Source of the DNA: Chiloscyllium plagiosum
Taxonomy: Eukaryota
Direction: 5' to 3'
Length of the DNA: 42,299 nt
Assembly (NCBI RefSeq): GCF_004010195.1
Contig: NC_057755.1
Coordinates: 11,738,580-11,780,878, forward strand
Shown piece after piece: positions 23,741-33,690 of the stretch. Positions within the stretch are counted from its first letter, which is position 1. Every line of letters starts with the position of its first letter. The notes under the pieces are model-generated. The model saw nothing but the letters and a program-made list of their open reading frames with translations, had not been told where the DNA came from and did not search any database. The translations under genes and the position numbers were made by a program.

Positions 23741-24284
23741 GTCCAAATTAACCACATCCACAGGCTCCCCCAATTAATGTTTTAGTTATGTCTTTGAAGA
23801 ATGCTGTATATTTGTGAAGCATGATTTTCCTTTCATAAATAAATTTTAGTAATCATTGACTGTCTGACCCTGCCATTCTTTTCCAAGTACCTCAGCTATT
23901 AATTCTTTTGTAATAGATTTTGACTCCAGAATCCATCTGTGTTAATGTGTGTTTGTTTACACACACGGAATGAAATCTAAATGCAACAATACAGAGTTTT
24001 GTAAATAAATATTACCTCCTGATTTAAACTAACTTCAGTGCCAGCTTCATATTTACTTATGAGGATCGCAACACTCAAAAGCTTTGTTTTGGGTTTCTCC
24101 ATGTGTTCAGTCTCAGCTGCAAGTAGCTTTGGTTTAGGAACTGGAGCAACCTGATTATTTTATGAAATTCATGTTCCTTTGGAAGTGTTCTCAACTTTCT
24201 GATGAATTAGAAGGATCTGCTACCAAACAAGATTTCATACCAAGACAAGCAAGAATCTGGACCAATAACAGAGGGAGAGGTTGG

Positions 24285-24660
24285 GGTTGGGGCTGTTTTC
24301 CCTGGAGCGTCGGAGCTGAGGGGTGACATTATAGAAGTTTATAAAATCATGAGGATTATGCATGGGGTAAATAGATACGGTATTTTTCTCTGCGGTAGGG
24401 GGAGTCCAGAACTAGATTTAGGGTGAGAGGGGAAAGATTTAAAAGGGACCTAAGGGGCAACTTTTTCATGCAGAGGGTGGTGTGTGTGTATGGAGTGAGC
24501 TGCCAGAGGAAGTGGTGGAACTTGGTACAATTACAACATTTAAAAGGCTTTTGGATGGGTATATGAATAGGAAGGGTTTAGCGGGATATGGGCCAAATGC
24601 CGGCAAATGGGATTAGATTCTGGTTGGCATGGACGAGTTGGACCGTTTCTGTGCCATACG
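24285..24660 (+). mobile_element. CR1 3' end fragment
   Basis: ctgttttccctggagcgtcgg...cagagggtggtg...ggcatggacgagttggacc; matches 9270-9620. Confidence 0.9.
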
Positions 24661-25344
24661 TTTATAACTATATCTGAAGCCAAGGCAGTCTTTCTGCTCC
24701 ATGCCAGTTTTTAGTTTTTTTTTGTGCTTTGAGATGAAATTGCAGTGGAAAATGGAAGAGTCTGGTACCTGTGATCCAGTCAGCACCAACAACATATAGG
24801 TAGAACTAAGAAAGTGAATCTGTTGAGAGTATGAGAAGTTAGATGCTAGATTAAAAAGCAGAACCTCAAACATTATAATCTCTAGATTACCATCTGAGCC
24901 ATGTGCAAATTGGCATTGGATGAATAAGATTAGAGAGTGGCTCAAAAACTGCTTGGCGAGAAGTGGATTCTGGTTTGTAGGACACTGATAGCAGGCAGTT
25001 CAAAGCAGGTTTGTGAGGATGACATTTGGAATAAGTGGTTGTCATTTGAGGACAGGTTGGACTGGCTGGGCTTGTTTCTCCTGGAGTTGAGAAAAGTCAG
25101 GGTTGACTTGATTGAAGCATACCAGATCATAAATGGTCTTGACGAGATGGATGCGGAAAGAATGCTTTATCTTGAGAGAGAGAGAGAGAGAGAGACTGGG
25201 GGCACTGCTTTAAAATTAGGGCTCATCCTATAAGGGCAGAGATGAGGGGTTCAAATTCTTGTTACGCAAGTGACTTGATCATCACTGGGGGTAAATGAGA
25301 ATGTATAGTTCAGAATACTGATAAACCATGATATTGAATCATGA

Positions 25345-25399
25345 GGTGTGGACTTGTTGGGCCGAAGGGCCTGTTTCCACACTGTAAAGTAATCTAATC
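25345..25399 (+). mobile_element. 55-bp HE1/CR1-type 3' tail flanked by a 39-bp direct repeat
   Basis: ggtgtggacttgttgggccgaagggcctgtttccacactgtaaagtaatctaatc; 25306-25344 is identical to 25400-25438. Confidence 0.9.
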
Positions 25400-26700
25400 T
25401 AGTTCAGAATACTGATAAACCATGATATTGAATCATGAAGAGTTTTGAAGGCCCAAATGGCTTATGTCTGATAACTTACATGTTAGTATGTTCGGGAGTT
25501 ATCTGATTTTTGGGATATTTGAGCAAGACAGCAGTGAGATGTATGCTGACGATAGGGTGCCCACCATCATGAGGGTTTGAAAGGTTGCCTTGAAAGATTC
25601 TCGTGGAACGATAGCAAAATATCTTATACCTCATAAAATAGCAGGAACACGGAGGAGAATCAAAGTGAATGCCTGAGAGCTGTGGCACACCCTCATTTGG
25701 CCCTAAAAGATATTAAGACAGCCTCAGCTTCTTGTAAAGTAATTATTGGGAGAAAAATAAAAGTAAGCAGACAGTGTCCCAGGGATCTTCCAGCATAAAG
25801 AATGAGCATTTATAAAATGTAGTTTTATAACTTGAACTTGCATTGTTCAGTTCTCAATAAATGTTTCTTCGGCTTAAAACATGAGCCCTTGGAGGGTAGT
25901 TCTTTCTGTTAAATGGAAGTTTAAATTTCTTGTTAAAAGCTCATTGTCTCCTTTGAAATAATAATTATATTCAAATTTTGTCTGCAAGGACTGATTTAAT
26001 TAATCAGTTAAAGGAGGTGTGTTTGGTCAGTTAAAGGTTTTGTATGTTAATAGCTGTTGATGCCGAGCACACACCCAGGCATGAGAGTCACATTGAGAAT
26101 TCGAGCGTGTAACCAGAGTCCATTTTCCAGCTGTTGATAATGTCAGTGTTGGGAGGGAGAGGGGGAGGATGTTCGAGAAACTGGCAGAGGTGAGGAGCAG
26201 TTCAGCAGCAAGTTATTTTGCTTGGAGCAGTAGTGTCCCAGAGAGGTGAAATGGGAATGATGGAATGGGGCTGATAATGTGAGGGATGGAAGGAATCGGT
26301 TAAGGATGGATTGGAAGTGATAGGTTGACATAAAAGAATGGATTGACATGGGATTGGCTAGTTTGCAGGAGTGGGTGAGTTTCATTAGCATGACAATGTT
26401 TTGATCAGGCCTATTCCAAAGGTGTTCTTCGTACAAAAAATGAAGATTAATGAGATTTGAATGAAAAGTTTTCAAAAAGCATTACAATTGTTTGATCCCT
26501 TTTATTTTTGCATAGCTATTCTTTGTGTTATAAATAAAGAATCATGAGATTTGAATGGGAGGATTATCAAAAGGTTGTGAGCTAAATTGAAAGAAAATAG
26601 GTACTCGAATTCTGTCTTCAAGATGGTAGTGTATTTTGTCCAGAGTCCCCACATAAACCACCATGAAAAAGAGCAGTTATATTGTAGCGATAAAATGGGA

Positions 26701-26852
26701 GGAAGTGTGTACTGCAGATGCTGGAGATTAGAGTGAAGATTACTGGAAAAGCAAGTCAGGCAGCATCCAAGGAGCAGGAAAATCAACGTTTCGTGCAAAG
26801 GCCCTTCATCAGGAATTCTGACCTGTGCTTTTCCAGCACCACTCTAATCTTG
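26701..26852. mobile_element. Fold-back Penelope-derived mini-element, copy 2
   Basis: 14-bp TSD GCGATAAAATGGGA at 26687-26700 and 26853-26866. Minus strand 26781-26816 reads CTGATGA-AGGGC-CTTT-GCAC-GAAACGTT. Confidence 0.85.
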
Positions 26853-27329
26853 GCGATAAAATGGGAACCTAGTCATGCGGCTAGTTTAGTTTTTGGAAGT
26901 TATTTTCTAGGATGATAGATTTGAAATTTATAGAAAGCAAATTTTGGGGCATAGTATTTAATCCTTAAATAATTTAGCCTAACCTATGTAAAATGACCTT
27001 TTCAACTCAGGGGAAAATAGTTCTTCTCAAGCAGACTTCCATAGTCTATTATTGTAGACCAAACTCAATGTCAAACTTTCAAAAAAAAAGTGTATTTGTG
27101 TTCCTATACTTGTTTTTTCACATGGGAAGTTGTATGAAGCTTGCTTTAAGTGAGAAGTTTTGATTCTGTTAAAGTTTTTTTGTAAAAGAATAACTGATAC
27201 TGTTTTAATTATTATGCTTAAAGTACTATTTTAATTGCAAATGTTTTTTAACCTGGCTGGTTATAAGCATTGTGTAAATTCTAACAGATATGCTTATGCC
27301 AATGTTATGACATTGTTTTTGTCTTGCAG

Positions 27330-27496
27330 TTTTTGGTTGGAATGAAAGGCAAAGATGAAGCCATGGCCATTGGCGGACACTGGTCTCCCTCTTTGGATGG
27401 ACCTAATCCTGAGACTGACCCTTCAGTATTGATTAGGACTGCTATCCGATGTTGTAAGGCCCTGACGAGCATTGACTTGAGTGGTTGCACACAGTG
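27330..27496 (+). CDS. CCAR1: CCAR1 internal coding exon (3rd), 167 nt, DBC1/Nudix-like domain
   Basis: gtcttgcag|TTT acceptor, TG|gtaagt donor. Encodes FLVGMKGKDEAMAIGGHWSPSLDGPNPETDPSVLIRTAIRCCKALTSIDLSGCTQ(W). Confidence 0.96.
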
Positions 27497-28322
27497 GTAA
27501 GTAATACTTCAGTTACAGGGCAGAGCCTTATAGTATAACACTAAGATTCTGTTTTCTGTTATATTTATGATTCGAGTCTTAACTGTTTGCGCTGTTGTTT
27601 TCTCGCCCAGCAGCCAACCACATTCCAGGTAAAAAATACATGACGTCGTTCTGCTAATTCTACACTTGCGGCAACCCTTATGTGGCAATGCATGTCTCAT
27701 GTAGTGAGAGATGTCATTATTTCATAAGAATGACATTGGAGAGACATAAAGCATTTTAGATATAATTCATTGTTCTGAATGTGTACTTAATATACATGTA
27801 TAAATGCTGTAAATCTGTATTACTATTTCATGCCAATGTGCTATATATGTGGTGTGCCTTGAAGAAAAGTCATGCGTGGAGAGGATGTCGCCACTGGGAT
27901 GAATAATTAGGATGTTCAATTGATAATAGAATTGTTTTCCTTTTTTTGTGTAAATAAACTTTCAGTGATGCCACGCAAGTTCTTCTGAATTGTACAGCCA
28001 GTGTCATTTAACTGCAAGGCATTAAAGCAGTGAGTCAATATACAATTTATTTTAAAAAAAGTTTTTTGTTTTGCTTTTCACTACTAGCATCTACCCAAAT
28101 AGATTTGTTACTATCCAATCTTTGGTAATGATGGAACTTTCATTATTATGACTGAGATGTGTGAATTGTTTATTCACCTGCCTGGTGCCTACAGTTGCAG
28201 TTAAGTGATATTGAACAGTGTATATGACGCATTTCTCTAGCTTGATATCCTGCGAGACATTTAGGGTCTATGTGATGTCTGATAGAATTTTCCTTTCCAA
28301 TACACTTCTTCCCTTGCAACAG

Positions 28323-28533
28323 GTACCGTTTTGCAGAGATCCGTTACCATCGCCCCGAGGAGCACCACAAGGGGCGGACGGTTCCAGCCCATGTGGAGAC
28401 CGTGGTTATATTTCTGCCGGATGTTTGGCATTGCCTTCCCACCCGTTCAGAGTGGGAAGCGCTCTCTCGTGGATACAAGCAGCAGCTGGTTGAGAAGCTC
28501 CAAGCTGAACACAAGGAGGCTGATGGAGAACAG
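28323..28533 (+). CDS. CCAR1: CCAR1 internal coding exon (4th), 211 nt, ends at a non-canonical GC donor
   Basis: ttgcaacag|G acceptor completes the TG|G Trp codon. Encodes YRFAEIRYHRPEEHHKGRTVPAHVETVVIFLPDVWHCLPTRSEWEALSRGYKQQLVEKLQAEHKEADGEQ. The 3' end is placed by homology (EADGEQ then D/EEEEKDDG), which gives CAG|gcactg. Confidence 0.9.
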
Positions 28534-29301
28534 GCACTGAACGCTAATCCTTTTCCATTTCCGCTTCTCACAGGCACAGGGACACCCACAAAAAAAGTGC
28601 ATCACATACATACAGATCAAGTAACGGGCTCTTTTTATGAGCAGTGCACACATTTGAGAAGACATAGATGCAAAGCTACAGTAACTGGTAACATAGCTCC
28701 CAGCTTAGAGTCCGAGCCGACTTCCTTTCATCAATTCGGTCTCTCAGAATGAATGACCTGCAATTTCCTCAAAAGAAATGAACCAAAACCAGTACATTTG
28801 GAATCTAAGCTTTGTTTTCTTCAAATGATAGTTACTTGTATTCAGATTTCGCTCTTTCATACGCAGCAAGAAAATCAATTCCTGCTGGAAGCTTGTCACC
28901 AGTTGTTGAGTTGGGCAGGCATTGTTAGCTGTTTACAGAAATTTCTACTTTCCAAATTTTCCATATCCCCTTTCTCTTGCTTTCTTTTAACTCTAGTATG
29001 TTCCTCTTACCTACACAACCATTGGATATGCACAAACCTTTGAAAGATATTTGATTTGCAGGTCAGTTGGTTGAGCCACAGTTTCGTGCAGTGTGGGGTG
29101 TGTGGAGCAAACTCTTTGATAGCGAATATGTCTGGGGGGCTTGTACCTATTGAGAGGGAATGAGAACACACACTGTTTGGCCGCCAGGGACCATCAGTGT
29201 CTGCAGCCCTTGAATCCTTTTGTTTGATGTCATTGATCACCTTTTTGTGTTCCACAGATCTGGCTTTGATTGGCTGATGAGTGGCATGTGATCAGTTAAA
29301 A

Positions 29302-29324
29302 TGTGTGTGTGTGTGTGTGTGTGT
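29302..29324 (+). repeat. (TG)11 microsatellite
   Basis: Direct reading. Confidence 0.95.
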
Positions 29325-29497
29325 TTACATAGGAATGAACTGTTCTATTCAGTAACATTGAGGAGGAGTCAATCTGAGGGGCTGTTGTGACCTTTGCTAC
29401 TTGCACGGATCGGCAACTCTTGTTTCAAAAAATGAGTGAATACATTTCCAGGCATTCTCCAAATATTGCTGACTATTCCTGTTTTTTATTTGAACAG

Positions 29498-29581
29498 GAA
29501 GAGGAGGAAAAGGATGATGGGGAGAGCAAAGAAATTTCTACACCTACTCACTGGTCGAAGCTAGATCCAAAGACAATGAAA
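29498..29581 (+). CDS. CCAR1: CCAR1 internal coding exon (5th), 84 nt
   Basis: ttgaacag|GAA acceptor, AAA|gtaagc donor. Encodes EEEEKDDGESKEISTPTHWSKLDPKTMK. Confidence 0.96.
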
Positions 29582-29669
29582 GTAAGCAAGTTTTAAAATT
29601 TTGCTAAAGACAAAATTACTTCACTTTTGAAGCAAAAACAAGAAGGCAGATTACTACGTGATTGGCTGT

Positions 29670-30435
29670 AAATTGGAAGAGGAGATTGTGCAGCAGGACA
29701 TGGGTGTCCTGTGCAAGGTAAGCATGCAGGTGAAGCAGACAATAAGGAAGGCAAATGGTATGTTGGCCTTCGTTGCGAGAGGTTTGGAGTACAGGACCAG
29801 GAATGTGGTGTTGCAGTTATGCAGGGCATGGGTGAGGCAGTGTCTGAAATATTGTGTGTAGTTTGGTCTCCTTTTCTGAGGAAGGTTGCTGTTGCTCTCT
29901 AGGGAGTGTAGTGCAGATTTACCAGGCTGATTCAGAGGATGGTGGGACTGATTTACGAGGAGAGGTTGACTAGATTAGGGTTGTTTTTGCTGCAGTTCAG
30001 ATAAATGAGGGGGGATCTCATTTATCACTCAAGAGGGTTTGAGCTATAGGGAGACGCTGAATAAACTGGGCCTATTTTCACTGGAGCATGGGAGGCTGAG
30101 GTGTGACCTAATTGAGGTTTATAAAATCATAAGGGTAAATAGATAAGGTCTTTTCCCTGGAATGGGGGAGTCCAGAGCTCGAGGGCATAGGTTTAGGGTG
30201 AGTGGGGAAAGATTTTAAAGGGACCAGAGGGGGAACTTTTTCGTGCAGAGGGTGGTGCGTGTAAGGAATGACCTGCCAGAGGAAGTGACGGAGGCTGTAA
30301 AGGCATCTGGATAGGTTTTATGAATGGGAAATGTTCATAGTGATATGGGCCAAATGTTGGAAAATGGGACTATATTAATCTAGTTGGCATGGACGAGTTG
30401 GAATGAAGGGTCTGTTCCCATGCTGTACACCTCTA
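29670..30435 (+). mobile_element. Two abutting CR1 ORF2 3' fragments
   Basis: KANGMLAFVARGLEYRT..LKYCV; a second fragment from about 30030 ends at a ccatgctgtacacctcta tail. Confidence 0.85.
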
Positions 30436-30456
30436 AGTACTACTTTTGATTTATAG

Positions 30457-30685
30457 TGTTATGGAACAGACCAGATCCCTCAAAATATATTAAGAAGGTA
30501 GCCTATGCCCTAACATTTTCTTATTTTGAACGTAGATGTCAGGAAATGTGTTCCAAATGCCATTCAATTTGTCAAACTACTCAATTTTATAAAACAATAT
30601 TCAAATGCTACTGTTAAAATACAACAAAAGAAAGAAAAACTTAGAATAACTTAACTCTATTGGAAAACTAAACAATAATAGGATC
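30457..30685 (-). mobile_element. Partial LTR of the Gmr1-type family
   Basis: tgttatggaacagaccaga..aaatatattaagaaggtagcct..ccctaac aligns with 13957-14170. Confidence 0.75.
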
Positions 30686-30890
30686 CTTACAGTATGGAAA
30701 CAGGCCATTTGGCCCAACAAGTCCACACCGACCCTCCAAAGAGTATCCCACCCAGACCCATTTCCCTACCCTATTACTTTATATTTCCCCTGACTATGCA
30801 CCTAATCTACACGTCCCTGATCACAATGGCCAATTCATCTAATCTTTGGTCTGTGGGTTGAAACCGGAGCACCCGGAAGAAACCCATGCA
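30686..30890 (-). mobile_element. HE1-type SINE, 3' half
   Basis: ggaaacaggcc..ggcccaacaagtccacaccgacc..aaaccggagcacccggaagaaaccca. Confidence 0.88.
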
Positions 30891-31639
30891 GCTGTTTCAT
30901 CAGTGGCTTTCCTTCCATCATCAGGTCAGAAATGGAGATCATCCCTGATTACACAGCAATATTCACCATTTATGGCTCATACTCAAGCATCCAGACTTGG
31001 GCTTGTGTGTGGTGTGAATGGTTCTTGAGTGCCAGGCATCCATTTCTAATAAGAGAAAACTAGGCATCTTCCCTTGATGATATGGGCACAGTCACGCTGA
31101 AGTCCGCTGGTAAGGTTGGTCAAACAAATCCACAGCTCCCTGGGTGTTCAAGAGGTAGAAATTATGATAAGGGAGAAAATGTGTGCTTATGACTGATGTC
31201 ATAGAAAACACAATTGAGAACCAGACTGATCAGAGAAGATTTAGTGGGGAGGTTAAAAATAAATAAAAAGAGGAAAGAGAGAATATGCAAAGAGACTGAT
31301 AGCTATTATAAAAATAAATTCTGAGGCCTTCTATATAAATAATGAAAGTCTAGTGAAAGGAGTAATTGGGGCAAATCAGGGACCAAGAAGAGGATTTACA
31401 CTTTGAAGCAGAAGTCTTTACCAAGGACGAAGATACTATTCAGGCCATAATGAAAGAGGAGAAAATTCAGTCACTAAAAGGATTTAACCTTGAAAGGAAG
31501 TGGCATTGGTTTTGTACCTGTCGTTAAAGATAGCAAGACACCAGGACCGGGTAAGATGCATCTGAAGATACTGACCAAAGTGAAAATGGAAATTACAGGG
31601 ACACTGGCAGTGATTTTTCGGTCATCTTTGAATTGGGGT

Positions 31640-32375
31640 GTTGCGACTGTTTGGGTTCTAAGTTTGCTCGCTGAGCTGGCAGGTTTGTTTTCAGATGTTT
31701 CATCGCCATGCTAGGAAACATCATCAGTGAAGCGCTGGTGTTCTATCCCGCTTTCTGTTTGTGTGTCTTGGTCTCTAAAGGTGGGTGCTATCATTTCCAG
31801 TTCTTTTTCTCAGAGGTTGGTAAATGTGGTCCAAATCGATGGAGTTTGGATTTGAATGTCAGGCCTCCAGGAATTCCCCTGCATGTCTCTGTATGGCCTG
31901 TCCTAGGATGGATATGTTGCCCCAGGGGAAGTGCTGTCCTTTGTCTGTATGTAAGGATAATAGTGATAGTGGGTCATGTCTTTTGGTGGCTAGTTGGTGT
32001 TCATGTGTCCTGCTGGCTAGTTTTCTGCCTGTCTGTCCACCGTGTTTGTTACAGTCCTTAGGAGAAAGTGAGGACTGCAGATGCTGGAGATCAAGAGTCG
32101 AAAGATGTGGTGCTGGAAAGGCACAGCCAGTCAGGCAGCATGCGAGGAGCAGGAGAGTACACGTTTCAGCATAAGCTCTTCATCAGGCCTCTCCTACTCT
32201 TCGGATGCTGTCAGACCGGTTGTTCTTTCCAGCACCACACTCTTCGATTTTGTTACAGTCCTTGCATAGTATTTTGTAAATGGCGTTTGTTTTCCTGGTT
32301 GTTGGTATCGGGTCCTTTTAAGGTTTATCAGTAGCTGTTTCAGTGCGTTGGTAGGTTTGTGGGCTACCATGATGT
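31640..32375 (-). mobile_element. Penelope-like element 3' portion: GIY-YIG endonuclease and terminal repeat
   Basis: After removing the insert at 32060-32248, the minus strand reads NAIYKILCKDCNKHGGQTGRKLASRTHEHQLATKRHD. Hammerhead-like CTGATGA..GAAAC at 31692-31729. Confidence 0.88.
32060..32248. mobile_element. Fold-back Penelope-derived mini-element, copy 3
   Basis: 15-bp TSD TTTGTTACAGTCCTT at 32045-32059 and 32249-32263. Minus strand CTGATGAAGAGCTTATGCTGAAACGT. Confidence 0.88.
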
Positions 32376-32714
32376 GACATTATTTGGAAATTGCAAATGT
32401 TACGCTGTTTTAGAAGTTTTCGAGGTGGTCAAGCAACTATCAACCAGTTCATCTTACTTCATTTGTTTGGGGAACATCTAGAAACAGTAATCTAGAACAA
32501 AATTAACAATCACATGGGTACATGTGACTTTATTAAGAAGAGCAAGCACTGGTTTCCAAAAGAAAAACAATGTTCAACTAATCTGCTGGAGTTTTTTGAT
32601 CACTATTATATTGTTAATATGGTACATGAACTTCCAGAAGATAATTCTTATTTGGAAAGTTGATGCAGACACAGTGGGCTGAATGGCTTCCTGTACTGTA
32701 ATAATTCTGTGACT

Positions 32715-32962
32715 GTGCCTTCCAAACTTGAGACTGCTGCTACTTAGAGGGGTAAGAGCAGCAGATACATGGAAACACAAGTACTGCAGGTTCCTCGTCA
32801 ACCCACTCATGAGTTATATCTTTGTTTCTTCACTGTCATGAGATTAAAGTCCGAGAGCTCCCTCATTAATGGCAATGTTGTGCCTGCACATGTTGACTGC
32901 AACAGTTCAAGAATGTGGCTTACCATCATCTTTTTAAGGGCAGTTGGGCATTGGAAATAAAT
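32715..32962 (+). mobile_element. 3' end of a non-HER1 LINE sharing its tail with the SINE at 13533
   Basis: ...actgcaacagttcaagaatgtggcttaccatcatctttttaagggcagttgggcattggaaataaat. Confidence 0.6.
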
Positions 32963-33690
32963 AGAGTCATAGAGATGTACAGCACAGAAAAGACCCTTCG
33001 GTCCAACTTGTCCATGCTAACCAGATATCCTAACCAAATCTAGTCCCACCTGCCAGCATCTGGCCTATATCCCTCCAAACGGCACTGGTTAGCACTGCTG
33101 TCTCACAGTGCAAGAGACCCGGGTTCAATTCCCGCCTCAGGCGACTGACTGTGTGGAGTTTGCACATTCTCTGGGTGCTCCGGTTTCCTCCCACAGTTCA
33201 AAAATGTGCAGGTTAGGTGAATTGGCCATGCTAAATTGCCCGTAGTGTTAGGTGAAGGGATAAATGTAGGGGAATGGGTCTGGGTGGGTTGCGCTTCGGC
33301 GGGTCGGTGTGGACTTGTTGGGCCGAAGGGCCTGCTTCCACATTGTTAATCGAATCTAATCAAACCCTTTCGATTCATATATCCATTCAGGTGCTTTTAA
33401 ATGTTGCAATTATACCAGCCTCCACCACTACTTCTGACAGCTCATTCCATACATGTACTCTGAGTGGAAAAGTTGCCTCTTAGGTCTCTTTTATATCTTT
33501 CCCCTCTCACCTTAAACCTATGCCCTCTATTTCTGGACTCCCCACCCCGGGGAAAAGACTTTGTCTCTTTATCCTATCCATGCCCCTCATGATTTTATAA
33601 ACCTCTATAAGGTCACCCCTCAGCCTCCGATGCTCCAGGGAAAACGGCCCAGCCCATTTAACCTGTCCCTATAGCTCAAATCCTCCAACG
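32962..33690 (-). mobile_element. CR1 3' end, interrupted by an HE1 SINE
   Basis: tagagtcatagagatgtacagc tail; reverse complement of 9230-9650. Confidence 0.9.
33081..33360 (+). mobile_element. HE1-type V-SINE
   Basis: Reverse-complement match to 737-1045; CAAAC duplicated at 33076-33080 and 33361-33365. Confidence 0.92.

Larger units (their letters stand above)
31230..32715 (+). mobile_element. Old CR1 ORF2 fragments, interrupted by a Penelope element
   Basis: KTPGPGKMHLKIL..LAVIFRSSL before 31640; the sequence resumes at about 32380 (ggaaattgcaaatgttacgctgttt). Confidence 0.65.

Noticed and set aside
27255..27310. Possible SNORD98 orthologue (human CCAR1 hosts this C/D snoRNA, from memory); tgtgtaaattcta resembles it weakly
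   Set aside because: No C box, 18S guide or D box arrangement was found here or at other candidate spots (4515, 26410, 27964, 28128). An Infernal search would be needed.
28534..28752. ORF-track protein 28393-28752 as a separate gene or terminal exon
   Set aside because: It is exon 4 read through into the intron; downstream CCAR1 exons are present.
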